Shown here: piece after piece, positions 19,341 to 28,823 of the stretch
How the letters are laid out: each line of letters opens with the position of its first letter
How positions within the stretch are numbered: position 1 is the first letter of the stretch
Assembly: GCA_025457865.1 (NCBI GenBank)
Contig: JALOTP010000016.1
Coordinates: 516 to 64,515 of the forward strand
DNA from: Thermoplasmatota archaeon
GTDB lineage: Archaea; Thermoplasmatota; Penumbrarchaeia; Penumbrarchaeales; Penumbrarchaeaceae
Length of the DNA stretch: 64,000 bases
Direction: 5' to 3'
Notes under the pieces: generated by a model
Told to the model about the DNA's origin: nothing
The model's input: the letters and a program-made list of their open reading frames with translations, nothing else
The model's database searches: none
Program-made: the position numbers and the translations under genes

Positions 19341-20447
19341 TCATCCCTTTGCCCTCTTCCTCCTGCTCAGTTCCTCCTCGACCTCCGAGGGGAACTTGAA
19401 AGGGCTCCGGTCCACAAGGTCATACTCCTCTTCCACCGGCGTGAAGTCGGTGGGGGCGCTCCTATCGACCGAGCGCTCCTCCACGTTCCATTCGAGCTCC
19501 TCCTCATCGCCCCCGCGCTGGTCCCCCCCGCCATCTTCCTGGTTTTTTGTCCCATCCGGTGGGGAGACCTCCTCGGGCGGCTCCTCGAGCACTATTACCT
19601 TCTCTATCTTCTTGGGGACGGCATCCTTTCCGGCCAACCCCGTGGGCTTGAGTGAGAACTCGCAGCTCCTCTGCCCGTAGGGAGGCACATGGTCGAGGAG
19701 GCCTTCGGGGGGTTCGGCCTCCAAACCCTGGGGGATCATGGGAACGAGGACGACATCCCTCATGATCTGGTCGCTGTTGTTCTCTATGGTGATGCTGTAG
19801 CTGGCCGTACCCTTCCGGGAGGAGAGCCGTGTCTTCATTATCACACCCTCCTCCATGAGGACCTCCCTGCCGACACCCAGGTTCCAGTCCTTCTTGACAG
19901 GTGTAAGGAGGAAGGTCCATTCGGCCCACCAGCGGGCCCCCACGTTGCCGAAGTTCTTCTCAACGTTCTCCTTGAAGTCACCATCCTTGATGAAGGGCCT
20001 GATTATCAGCTCGCCCAGAGGTTCGTCGGAGGGGTTCTCCACCCTCACGAAATAATTTATCTTGCCGTCCTTGAACGTCATGGAGGTGTGGATGTCTATG
20101 ACCTTGTTCAGCAGGGGGAACGGAAGATAGGTGGCCCTCTTGAGCGCATCCTCCACACGTGAAATGGTCGTTATCGCACTGTCGTAATCGCTCCTTGTTG
20201 CCCTGTCCCTGGCCCGTCTCAATATCTCCTGGGCCTCTGCCACGTCATAGCCCCAGTCCTCCATGTACTTGACCCTTTCCGCGAACTGCTTGAGGGTCTT
20301 TACGAACTTCCTGTGCAGCTCCTGGGTCCTGTCCATCATGGAGCCTGCGGTCCTTGAGAGCCCCATTGCCCTGATGAAATTGCCCTGGATGAGCGCTATC
20401 TCGGCCCGATGGAGCATTTCCTGGACGTTGTCAGGGGCCTCATTCAT
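19341..20447 (-). CDS. Hypothetical protein (368 aa): helical N-terminus, two beta-rich segments and an acidic C-terminus
   Basis: It is a long ORF with core-like composition. Its ATG overlaps the stop of the upstream 1080-aa ORF as ATGA at 20444-20447. I recognised no family. Confidence 0.6.
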   Translation of the reverse strand: MNEAPDNVQEMLHRAEIALIQGNFIRAMGLSRTAGSMMDRTQELHRKFVKTLKQFAERVKYMEDWGYDVAEAQEILRRARDRATRSDYDSAITTISRVEDALKRATYLPFPLLNKVIDIHTSMTFKDGKINYFVRVENPSDEPLGELIIRPFIKDGDFKENVEKNFGNVGARWWAEWTFLLTPVKKDWNLGVGREVLMEEGVIMKTRLSSRKGTASYSITIENNSDQIMRDVVLVPMIPQGLEAEPPEGLLDHVPPYGQRSCEFSLKPTGLAGKDAVPKKIEKVIVLEEPPEEVSPPDGTKNQEDGGGDQRGGDEEELEWNVEERSVDRSAPTDFTPVEEEYDLVDRSPFKFPSEVEEELSRRKRAKG

Positions 20448-23400
20448 TCCAATCCCTCCCCGATCTCCGTCCTCAATCTTTCGAGCTGGTCCCAGGTGCG
20501 TCCTATCCCCCTAAGCGCCCTGAGCTTGAAGTACATGAGCACAGACTGCAGTGCAAGGCACAGGAGGGGGATCCCTACCAGGATGACCATGGCCGGGACA
20601 GCCCTCCCTTTTCCCAGGAGGACGTCAAGGACGCCGGAGGCGCCCTCATCAAGCTCGGAATAGATGGCCCAGAAGAAGACAGGGACCGCACCCATCGCGA
20701 TCCCGCCGATGAAGGAGATGAGGTAGGGAACGGCAAGCACCCTTACCTCCTCCAGACCCCCCTCTATCTTCTTTTCCTTGCCTTCGTTCATCCGGTACAG
20801 GATATGGGCGTCCCCGACCTTGGTGAAGAGGTAAGCCATGGCCGGGACCAGAAGGAAGAGGTCGAGGGCTATCACGATGAGCCCGACCTCATTGGCAGCT
20901 CTCGCCCCCCAATCCGTCCGTTCGAGAGGGAGGAAGAATAGCAGGGAGAAGGCCCCGATCAATCCGCACGAGAGGGCTACCAGGAACCAGCTGTTCCTCC
21001 TCTCTATGAAGAAGTAACCGGTTATCCCGGCCGCAAGGAGGAGGACGAGCACCACTCCCGAGAACCAAAGGACAAGGGTGGGTGGGGTGGAATTGATGAT
21101 CATGAACTCCTTGGTCATCACATTGTTGTCCTCGGAATAGCTCTTGCCCTCTATCGTGTTCTCGTTCACATCGTCATTGGGGTCAAGGACCAGGACCAGA
21201 CGCATCTCCTTTGACTTCTGGTGCCAATCCAGGGAGGGAAGGTCGAAATCGAATTCCACAACGAACTCCTGGGTGGACCCGACGTACTGCTGGGGGTCGG
21301 ACCTCGGAACGAGGCCGCGGTAGATGCTGCTGCCGACCCTGAGCTCTAACGGGACCGGGTCCTGCCCCCTTGTGCCGACAACGACCACGTTGATCATGGC
21401 CTTGCCCTTCCCCCCTTCGTAGAGGTTGCGGAAAGTGGTCCGGTCCAGGTCTATGTAGGCATCGAAATAGACCGCCCTTGCGAAGACCGTTAGCAGCTCT
21501 TCCTTGGACGGACCGCCGTAAACGCTCGATTCGACCCTCGCGAAAGGGGTCCCGGTCACGAGGTCGAGAGGGGCGCTTATGGGAACCCTTACCTCGACGG
21601 TCTCGTAGGCCCTGGTGAGATTCACTATGGCGTTTGGCCTGTTCACGGTCCATCCGGACGCGTCGATGCTCGTGAATGCTGTCGTGATCCTGTAGACATT
21701 GTTCATCGGCCAGTCGGGGACCGCGTTCTCGCCGGGGTTGGGCAGGTTGCAAAGCCTTATGACCATGTCCTCCTCCGTGCCAAGGTCCAGGAAGAGGTCC
21801 TGTGACGCGAGCACCGCCATAACCACCCTGACAGAGACGCTTGTTCGCCAGTAGGTGATGTTGTCACCCGCAAGGGCCTCGACCGAAACCTCGACGACCT
21901 CGTGGAAGGCCGGGCCATCCTCTTTGCGGGGCGTGATGGTGAGATTGACGACCATGTCACCGAAGGGGACCAATCGGTAGGGAGCGCTGTCCAACTGGGT
22001 CCAGCCGTTGTGACGCGCCGAGCCGTTACTGCTCGAGGCCCGGGCCCTGATGGGATCCTCCGCGTTCCCTGTGTTCTGGATGTTGAATTGGAAATATGCG
22101 GTCTCCCCGGGCAGCACATCCCTGCTGACGGACCCTGAGATGAGGGTGATGGAAGCCCTGTGCTCTTTCAGCACGCCGACGGCGAGCTCGAGCGAGGAGT
22201 TCAGGTCCGGATAGCCCTGGGGTCTGGCGGATACGAAGGAGCTCACAATGCTGCCTGCGAAGAGCTTCTGTGTCAGCAGGTCATCGTAGGAGTATATGTC
22301 ACGGAGGGCCGGAAGCGTGATGAGGACCTCGAGCCTCCGGACGCCGTCAATGGGGATCTGCAGCGTCGTCACCTCGGAGACGGTCCCGCCGTCGCTGATC
22401 CTTGAGACCCAACCCGGCGCGCCCTCGGTGACCTCGATGTCGAAGGAGTCGTTACCGTTACCGGTGTTCCTCAGGTCAACGGTGAAAGCGGCTGTCTCCC
22501 CGGGATACTTCCAGAGAACATCGAGCACGCTCACGAGCTCTATTGACGCACCGCCCCTGTAGGAAACGGTCGTATTGGCCCATACCTCATCGAAGGCGAG
22601 CCTCGATATCCTTGAGAACGCCCTGACCTTGAGGGAGAGCACTGTGTCCCTTGGTGACCGCATCCCTGGTGCGACCCTGAGGGCAACCCCGCTCCTCTGG
22701 AGAGGTAGCAGCGAGAGGCTCGAGGAGCCAAGCTCTATGGTCCAGTCCGCAGGGATGTTACCCAACATGATGAGCGATACATCGTCAAGGCCGTTCCCGT
22801 TGTTGGTGATGTTAAGCCAATATGTCACGGTCTCTCCAGGTTCGGCCTCTGCGCTCGATACCTCGGGTTCCAGGTCCAGCGCGAACCCCTGCTTGACATG
22901 GACCGTCGTGTATGCCCTCCTCTCGAGCGGGGACCCCGGGCTGTACTGAAGGTCCGAGACCGAAACGGCCCTCATGGAGACATTGACCGATTCGCCGATG
23001 GGGGCGCCCGCTGGGACGACCAGCTTGACCCATACAAGGACGCTGGTCGATGGAGAGAGCGGGTCGAACCAGAAGGGGAGGACCATACGCGTCAGCGGCG
23101 TGAAGGTGAGCCCCCACTGACCTGGAGAGGTCGAACCCCCTTCATTCACCGTCAGGGCGACCTGGACGTTGTACTTGTCCCAGCCGTTGCCCAGATTGGT
23201 GATGTTGAACGGAAGCAGGAGGACGTCCCCCGGAGCCCCCTCCCTCCAGTCCTCTAGACCGTTCTGGTCCAGGTCGTCATCGTCCATGAGGCTCTTGTTA
23301 TCGAAGAACTCGGTCTTGGGCGGTTCCAACGTGAAATCGAGGTAAGGTCCGACCGTGATGTTCACGGTCACGCTCTGCGGTATCGCAAGACCGTCAAGGC

Positions 23401-23686
23401 TCAAATTTATCATGGGGACCGCCTCCAGCTTGATGAAGGCCGTGCCCTGTATGGGAAAGATGGGCGCATTGACCACAAGGAGCTGCCCCTGGCTCCATTG
23501 TCCTCCTTTGAGCTGGAGGAAGCCGGTGGGAACTGACGCTATCCATCGCAGGGACTCGGTCTTGTTCGCAGAGAGGGACCAGACCGGAATGAACATGACG
23601 CCCGTGGGGCCATCGGGGAGGGTCAGGTTCACATCCATATCCATCCCCGTTCCGCCCTTGATATTGTTGACGGAGCGCACTTCCAC
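20444..23686 (-). CDS. Large envelope protein with CARDB/NEW3-like beta-sandwich repeats and a C-terminal polytopic membrane domain. This is probably the 3' part of a longer frameshifted gene.
   Basis: Repeats of the type ITNLGNGWDKYNV, ITNNGNGLDDVSL, LRNTGNGNDSFDIEV and IQNTGNAEDPIRA are present. About 6 hydrophobic helices fill the last ~270 aa. The track start is a GTG, and protein-like in-frame sequence continues upstream of it. Confidence 0.8.
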   Translation of the reverse strand: MEVRSVNNIKGGTGMDMDVNLTLPDGPTGVMFIPVWSLSANKTESLRWIASVPTGFLQLKGGQWSQGQLLVVNAPIFPIQGTAFIKLEAVPMINLSLDGLAIPQSVTVNITVGPYLDFTLEPPKTEFFDNKSLMDDDDLDQNGLEDWREGAPGDVLLLPFNITNLGNGWDKYNVQVALTVNEGGSTSPGQWGLTFTPLTRMVLPFWFDPLSPSTSVLVWVKLVVPAGAPIGESVNVSMRAVSVSDLQYSPGSPLERRAYTTVHVKQGFALDLEPEVSSAEAEPGETVTYWLNITNNGNGLDDVSLIMLGNIPADWTIELGSSSLSLLPLQRSGVALRVAPGMRSPRDTVLSLKVRAFSRISRLAFDEVWANTTVSYRGGASIELVSVLDVLWKYPGETAAFTVDLRNTGNGNDSFDIEVTEGAPGWVSRISDGGTVSEVTTLQIPIDGVRRLEVLITLPALRDIYSYDDLLTQKLFAGSIVSSFVSARPQGYPDLNSSLELAVGVLKEHRASITLISGSVSRDVLPGETAYFQFNIQNTGNAEDPIRARASSSNGSARHNGWTQLDSAPYRLVPFGDMVVNLTITPRKEDGPAFHEVVEVSVEALAGDNITYWRTSVSVRVVMAVLASQDLFLDLGTEEDMVIRLCNLPNPGENAVPDWPMNNVYRITTAFTSIDASGWTVNRPNAIVNLTRAYETVEVRVPISAPLDLVTGTPFARVESSVYGGPSKEELLTVFARAVYFDAYIDLDRTTFRNLYEGGKGKAMINVVVVGTRGQDPVPLELRVGSSIYRGLVPRSDPQQYVGSTQEFVVEFDFDLPSLDWHQKSKEMRLVLVLDPNDDVNENTIEGKSYSEDNNVMTKEFMIINSTPPTLVLWFSGVVLVLLLAAGITGYFFIERRNSWFLVALSCGLIGAFSLLFFLPLERTDWGARAANEVGLIVIALDLFLLVPAMAYLFTKVGDAHILYRMNEGKEKKIEGGLEEVRVLAVPYLISFIGGIAMGAVPVFFWAIYSELDEGASGVLDVLLGKGRAVPAMVILVGIPLLCLALQSVLMYFKLRALRGIGRTWDQLERLRTEIGEGLE

Positions 23687-24884
23687 GTTGAAATTGACGG
23701 TCTGCCCCGAGCCCTTGATGAACGGAATGGTCGCATTGGGGGGCCGACATAGACGGTGCCCTCTCCGGAACCTGTAACTCCGGTTTTCTCACCGGTTGCG
23801 GTGATTATGAGGGCTCCAGTGTCCCCCCAAAGCATTGAATCCTCCTCCATGGTCTCAAAGACAAGTGGGGGGATTTTTATCTCAGCTATAACGTTCGCAT
23901 AATTTGGTATGCCTTTTAGCAAAGAATAGGAGCCTGGAATGCTCGTAGGACCACGATACTGTTCATCCATTCTCACCTCCCAGCGTGAAGGTCTGGAGCT
24001 AGGGGTCATTGTGAAATGGTCTGCCATATCCCCTATGTTCGTCACCCTGAAGACGAAGCTGACCCATTCACCGCCTGGATACGCTCTCTGCGGGTCGCCG
24101 TAGATGACCGAGACCGAGACGCCCGCTTTCTTCGGTATGGATGTGTTGACGGATATCCAATCGCTTATGGTATCGTTCTTTGTCGATGTGGCGTTGAAGA
24201 CAAGTACATCGAAATCATAGGCCGAGGCCGTATCGGGCACCTTCACATGTACGCTCATGTACTGGACCTCACCCGGTGCAAGGTCCCGGGTCTTGTTCGT
24301 CCAGCCTTTGACGACCCACTGGGAGGTGATGGCTATCCTGAACGAATCGCACCTATGTTCAGCAGCTTCGAAGGGATGTCCACTCCGACCTTCACCCCGG
24401 CCGGGGTCCCTGCCATGGCGGTAACGGATATCCTGATGGAATTGTTCTGGGTGTGGCTGTCCAGGGCATCGACCGATACCTTGATCCAGTAAGTCCCGAC
24501 GCTGGTCGGTTTCCATGACGGGAAGGTCACGTTGGTGCCATTGCCGGGACCTTTAAGGACGGTCCCGAGCTGTTTGGTCGAGTTGAAGATAGGGGTCTCT
24601 ATGGTCCCGTTGAGCATGTAGGTGACCTGGAGGGTGGCGTTCACTGGAAAGGTGTAGTTGAAGGTCCCGGAGTTCACGACCTTGGCTATGACGACCTGGT
24701 CCGTGAGGGTTATGGCGCCATGGTCGGAGTGCGACGATATCTCCACAACGGCTATGTCCAGGCCGGGACCGCGGGCAGGTCCTCCCTCGGCCGTCTGCGG
24801 GCTGACCAATAACAGGGATGGGAGCAACATCAAGAGTGATATGAGCACGATGGGACCCGTTCTCAGACCTTCTTCTCTCATCAT
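23629..24884 (-). pseudogene. Apparent 5' portion of the 20444..23686 gene, split across two further reading frames (signal peptide plus CARDB-like domains)
   Basis: ORF 24333..24884 begins with a signal-like MMREEGLRTGPIVLISLLMLLPSLLLVSPQTAEG. ORF 23629..24516 continues with a domain-like sequence from ...FRIAITSQWVVKGWTNKTRDLAPGEVQYMSVHVKVP. Its junction to the 20444..23686 frame lies at a G6 run at 23738-23743. This could be a real pseudogene, phase variation or assembly indels. Confidence 0.5.
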
Positions 24885-25083
24885 GTCGTCCTCTGCCCTT
24901 CCCCATGATAACTGGTTGTGCCATTTTAATTCTTTCCCAGAACGCCCTGGTCAACCAGCGTCTAGTAGTACTGAAGGGAGATTTTTCCAATAGGATATTT
25001 ATCTTTTGGGACACTTGTGCATCTGTAAGGGCCGGGAAGGCAAGATGGAATCGATTTATAATCAGGTCGTCCATACGGTTTTA

Positions 25084-25686
25084 ATGATGACTTCGCTGTG
25101 CGGAACGCCGGGCACAGGTAAGACGACGACATCGGACCGATTGAGGGCGGACGGCCTGAACGTCGTCGGTCTGACCGAGCTCATTAAGGACCTTGGCGCG
25201 GACGAGGGGTCCGACCCCGGAACAGGGGAGCTGATAGTGGACCTTGGGGTCCTGCGGACCGTTCTTGAGGATTGGGCAGGGAGGACCAAGGGCGATATCA
25301 TGGTCGAGGGGCACCTCAGCTACCTTGTCCCTGCCTCCTTGGTCCTTCTCTTCAGGACAGATCCCAACCTGGTCCTGAACAGACTGCTTGCAAGGGGGTA
25401 TCCGGAGGAAAAGGCCAGGGAGAACGCGGAAGCGGAGGCGGTATCATATCTTCTGTTCAAATGCATGGAGCGGGAGAGGGAAGCCCTTTCCGGCAAGGAT
25501 TGGACAGAGCTGCCGGAAGGCTGTCCGGTCGTACTTGAGACGGATACGACCGAGATGGGGCCGGCGGAACAGGCCGAATGGGTCAGGTCGATGGTAGGGG
25601 CAAGGAAGGAAAAAAGGTATATCGATATGCTCCCATTCAGGCCACCTGTCGTTGATTGGATAGAGGTGGTGTCCGGTTGGTACTAG
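25084..25686 (+). CDS. Fap7/AK6-like adenylate kinase-type NTPase
   Basis: The P-loop LCGTPGTGKTTTSDRL lies right at the N-terminus if the start is the ATG at 25084 (MMTSLCGTPGTGKT). The track ORF starts at 25006. A TATA-like cgatttataat lies ~25 nt upstream of 25084. At ~200 aa it fits the family. Confidence 0.8.
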   Translation: MMTSLCGTPGTGKTTTSDRLRADGLNVVGLTELIKDLGADEGSDPGTGELIVDLGVLRTVLEDWAGRTKGDIMVEGHLSYLVPASLVLLFRTDPNLVLNRLLARGYPEEKARENAEAEAVSYLLFKCMEREREALSGKDWTELPEGCPVVLETDTTEMGPAEQAEWVRSMVGARKEKRYIDMLPFRPPVVDWIEVVSGWY

Positions 25687-25812
25687 ATCTCTTGAGGAAG
25701 GAGATGGAGGCGGTCCTCTCACCTCTCGCCAGCCTGCTCAGCGCATTCCCTCTACTGGACCTCCGGGCTATGGGTCCCGGAAGGGCGCTACCCGTGGCTC
25801 CTCCTGGGGGCT

Positions 25813-26418
25813 TTGGCGATGGTCGGGCTGAACTCGATCGCCGACTCCCTTGACGGCACCATTGCTAGGAGGACCGGGAAGACCACCGCCGCAGGGGATT
25901 TCCTGGACCATACGTTCGACAGGTTCTCTGACATCCTTATCCTTACGGGCATAGCCCTATCATCCTACTGCAATGTGATCTTCGGGTTGACCACGGTCAT
26001 CTTCGTCCTGCTCTCCTCCTATATGGGCACCCAAGCCCAGGCGCTTGGTTGCGGCCGCAACTATTCCGGGGTGATGGGGAGGGCTGACAGAATGGGCCTT
26101 CTTCTCTTGATCACACCCGTTCAATTCCTTGTCGGAGCTATCTGGGGGGTCAAAGGGGCGGACATTGGCATAGGCTACCGCATCGTCCCCATGGAAGTCC
26201 TCATGGGAATAATGTTAGCAGGAGGCATCCTGACCACCCTCTCCAGGGGAACGGATACCCTGCTCGAGCTCCTCCGCAGGGATGCCGATCAAAGAAAAAA
26301 GCCCCCTGGACGTGGCAAGGACGGTTACAGCTGGTGTGGGCCAGGCAGGGAGCGAAAGGCACCCGTACCTCCCTTTTCCAGGGGAAACAATGGTGGGGAA
26401 AGAGGGCGCAACCGGTGA
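25813..26418 (+). CDS. CDP-alcohol phosphatidyltransferase family protein; the N-terminus is apparently truncated or frameshifted
   Basis: The full signature DGxxARx8Gx3Dx3D is present as DGTIARRTGKTTAAGDFLDHTFD, followed by hydrophobic helices. Only ~11 residues precede the DG of the signature in the longest ORF (see the finding at 25693-25853). Confidence 0.8.
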   Translation: MAMVGLNSIADSLDGTIARRTGKTTAAGDFLDHTFDRFSDILILTGIALSSYCNVIFGLTTVIFVLLSSYMGTQAQALGCGRNYSGVMGRADRMGLLLLITPVQFLVGAIWGVKGADIGIGYRIVPMEVLMGIMLAGGILTTLSRGTDTLLELLRRDADQRKKPPGRGKDGYSWCGPGRERKAPVPPFSRGNNGGERGRNR

Positions 26419-26620
26419 AAAAGCATATATATCCGGCAGTCCACTACTACGTTCCCGACCCGTTCTTTGGGACGAAGCGCATCGTCCCTCCGGGTCGAAT
26501 TTGCCCGGAAAGGGTTAGAAGGATACAGAGTGCATCCCATCCCCTCTGATTCGTTCTTTCTCTAACCCTTTCACCTCTTTTTGCAATATTTTATCTCATA
26601 GACCATCGTTCACAGGAAAT

Positions 26621-27247
26621 ATGGACGGCAGGTCCGGGGCCGCTGCCGCGGCCGGGGCAAGGAGCGAGCTCCGGATCAGGAGGAAGGTGTTCCATCTGGC
26701 CCTCGGGACGGCCTTCATCCTGCTGTTCCTTGGGGACAGGGACATAAGGTGGCCATTATTCCTCGTCCTCTTCCTGGGTCTGGCCTTGAGCTACGTCCAG
26801 GGGAGGTGGCCCCTGAGGCCGTTGAAATGGCTGCTTGACAGGTACGACAAGAGGAGCGACCATGTTCCGGGCCAGGGCCCCATAACCTTCTTCCTGGGCT
26901 GTCTGGTGGCATGGTCGCTCTTCCCACACGATGCGGCTCTGGGGGCGATGGTGGTCCTCACCTTCGGGGACCCGTTCGCATATCTTGCAGGGACACTTCT
27001 GGGAGGGTGGAAGCTGCCGTGGAACGATAACAAGACCTGGGCGGGAACCGCAGGATTCCTCCTTGTTCCAGTCTGCATCTTGGTCCCTCTCATGGGCCCG
27101 GTCATTGGCCTTCTGCTCCCGCTTGCGGGTGCTGTCGTGGAGAGCTTGGACCTGCCCAAAGCGTTGGTCATGGACGATAACGTGACGGTACCGATAGCTA
27201 CCGGAGCGCTCGGTGCATTGCTCCTCGGGTCATTTCCGGGGCTTTGA
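26621..27247 (+). CDS. Dolichol kinase / phosphatidate cytidylyltransferase family (CTP_transf_1-like) membrane protein
   Basis: It is polytopic and hydrophobic. The motif GDPFAYLAGTLLGGWKLPWNDNKTWAGTAGFLLV resembles the GDxxAxxxGxxxGxxK..KTxEGS box of this family. Confidence 0.7.
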   Translation: MDGRSGAAAAAGARSELRIRRKVFHLALGTAFILLFLGDRDIRWPLFLVLFLGLALSYVQGRWPLRPLKWLLDRYDKRSDHVPGQGPITFFLGCLVAWSLFPHDAALGAMVVLTFGDPFAYLAGTLLGGWKLPWNDNKTWAGTAGFLLVPVCILVPLMGPVIGLLLPLAGAVVESLDLPKALVMDDNVTVPIATGALGALLLGSFPGL

Positions 27248-27264
27248 GGGGTCATGAGGCAGGT

Positions 27265-28665
27265 TCAGACAACTTTCCTCTGCGATACCCAGAACTTTGG
27301 GTCAAGGAGCGAGTCGGCCTCATCCCCCGTGAGGATGCCTTTCTCTACGACGATGTCCCTGACGGGCCTCCCTGTCTGAGCGGACTCCTTCGCGACCTCC
27401 GCCGCTTTGAGGTACCCCAGCCTCCTGTTGAGGAGGGTGGCCAGGGCAGGGTTGTAAAGGAGCCTCCTCTTAAGTTCCTCCTCGTTGACCTCTATGCCCT
27501 TCACACATCGCTCGGAGAAGACAGGGAGGAAGTTCACAAGGTATTCAGCAGAGCGGAGGATGAGGTTGCCCATTATGGGCATCATGACGTTCAGCTCGAG
27601 CTGGCCCGCCCCTGCCGCCAAACTTATGGCGACATCGTTCCCTATCACGACGAAGCATATCTGGTTGAGGCATTCAGGCATGACCGGGTTCACCTTGCCC
27701 GGCATTATGGACGACCCGGGCTGGACGGAGGGGAGGGTGATCTCGGAAAGACCACCCGTAGGCCCTGAGGAGAGCAACCTCAGGTCATTGGCTATCCTGG
27801 TCAGCTCCACTGCCAGTTCTTTATAGGCCGAACTGACGGCTACGGTCCTGGTCGTGGACTGCATGGCCTCGAACGGGCTCGGGTTCGAACTGAGCGGAAG
27901 GCCTGTCAAGTTCGAGAGGTGACGGATGGCCCTGTCCCTGAACTCGGGATGGGTGTTGATCCCGGTCCCGGTCGCCGTGCCGCCTAGGGGGAGGTCAAGG
28001 AGCATCTGGTTCCGTCTCTCCATCTCCAAAGCGACCCTGTTAAGGGCCGCTCCGTATGCCGAAAGCTCCTCCCCCAACGGGACCGGCACCGCATCCTGGA
28101 GATGGGTCCTGCCGGGTTTGATGACCTCCATGAACTCCTCCCCCTTGGTCTCGAAGGCATTTGCGAGCTCTTTTACGACGGCAACGAGCTGTGAGGTCAT
28201 CTTGAAGACCGAGACCTGCATGGCCGTGGGAAATGTATCGTTGGTGGATTGGGCCATGTTAACATGGTCATTGGGGGAGATTATATCGTACTTCCCCTTT
28301 TCGTGGCCCAGGACCTCAAGTGCCCTGTTGGCGACCACCTCGTTCACGTTCATGTTAGTGGACGTCCCGGCCCCCGCTTGGAACCTGTCCACTATGAACT
28401 GGTCCCTGAAACGGCCAGCCCTGACCTCCGATGCGGCCCTGACGATGGCGGCGCCGATCTCTGGGTCCAGCCAGCCCACCTCCATGTTGGCGAGCGCCGC
28501 AGCCTCCTTTATGGCCGCGTATGCATCTATCAGATAGGGATGGTTAGTGAGGTGGGAGACCGGGAAGTTCTCCTTGGCCCTGAGGGTCTGGATGCCGTAG
28601 TACGCATCGGCAGGGACGTCCTTCTCCCCTAATGAGTCCTGTTCCTTCCGGATGGGAATGTCCAT
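27265..28665 (-). CDS. aspA: Aspartate ammonia-lyase (class II fumarase/aspartase family)
   Basis: It has the GSSIMPGKVNP signature, an N-terminus IRKEQDSLGEKDVPADAYYGIQTLRAKENF very like E. coli AspA, QAGAGTSTNMNVNEV and NDHVNMAQSTNDTFPT. Distinguishing aspartase from fumarase needs a search. Confidence 0.85.
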   Translation of the reverse strand: MDIPIRKEQDSLGEKDVPADAYYGIQTLRAKENFPVSHLTNHPYLIDAYAAIKEAAALANMEVGWLDPEIGAAIVRAASEVRAGRFRDQFIVDRFQAGAGTSTNMNVNEVVANRALEVLGHEKGKYDIISPNDHVNMAQSTNDTFPTAMQVSVFKMTSQLVAVVKELANAFETKGEEFMEVIKPGRTHLQDAVPVPLGEELSAYGAALNRVALEMERRNQMLLDLPLGGTATGTGINTHPEFRDRAIRHLSNLTGLPLSSNPSPFEAMQSTTRTVAVSSAYKELAVELTRIANDLRLLSSGPTGGLSEITLPSVQPGSSIMPGKVNPVMPECLNQICFVVIGNDVAISLAAGAGQLELNVMMPIMGNLILRSAEYLVNFLPVFSERCVKGIEVNEEELKRRLLYNPALATLLNRRLGYLKAAEVAKESAQTGRPVRDIVVEKGILTGDEADSLLDPKFWVSQRKVV

Positions 28666-28823
28666 GTTATCGATCGACCCACAACCCCGAAGGACTTTAA
28701 ACCCTTTCTCCCGGGATCGGAGCCGTATATCTACCCATAAAGATTATTATCTATCCCAGGGATGACCGTTCGAGCCTTGACCTGGAGCCAGATGTCCCAC
28801 GGCCGAAGCTATGAGGTGAGCAA

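Noticed and set aside
19689-20162. A 157-aa + strand ORF, with similar long antisense ORFs at 27244..27768, 27926..28537, 30033..31036, 31383..32024, 33643..34260, 34417..35052 and 63284..63853
   Set aside because: Each lies entirely inside a longer opposite-strand gene with a recognisable family or domain signature. High-GC sequence generates long stop-free antisense frames.
24553-25074. A 173-aa minus-strand ORF spanning the divergent promoter region
   Set aside because: It is an R/P/H-rich low-complexity translation. It overlaps the better-supported signal-peptide ORF 24333..24884 in another frame.
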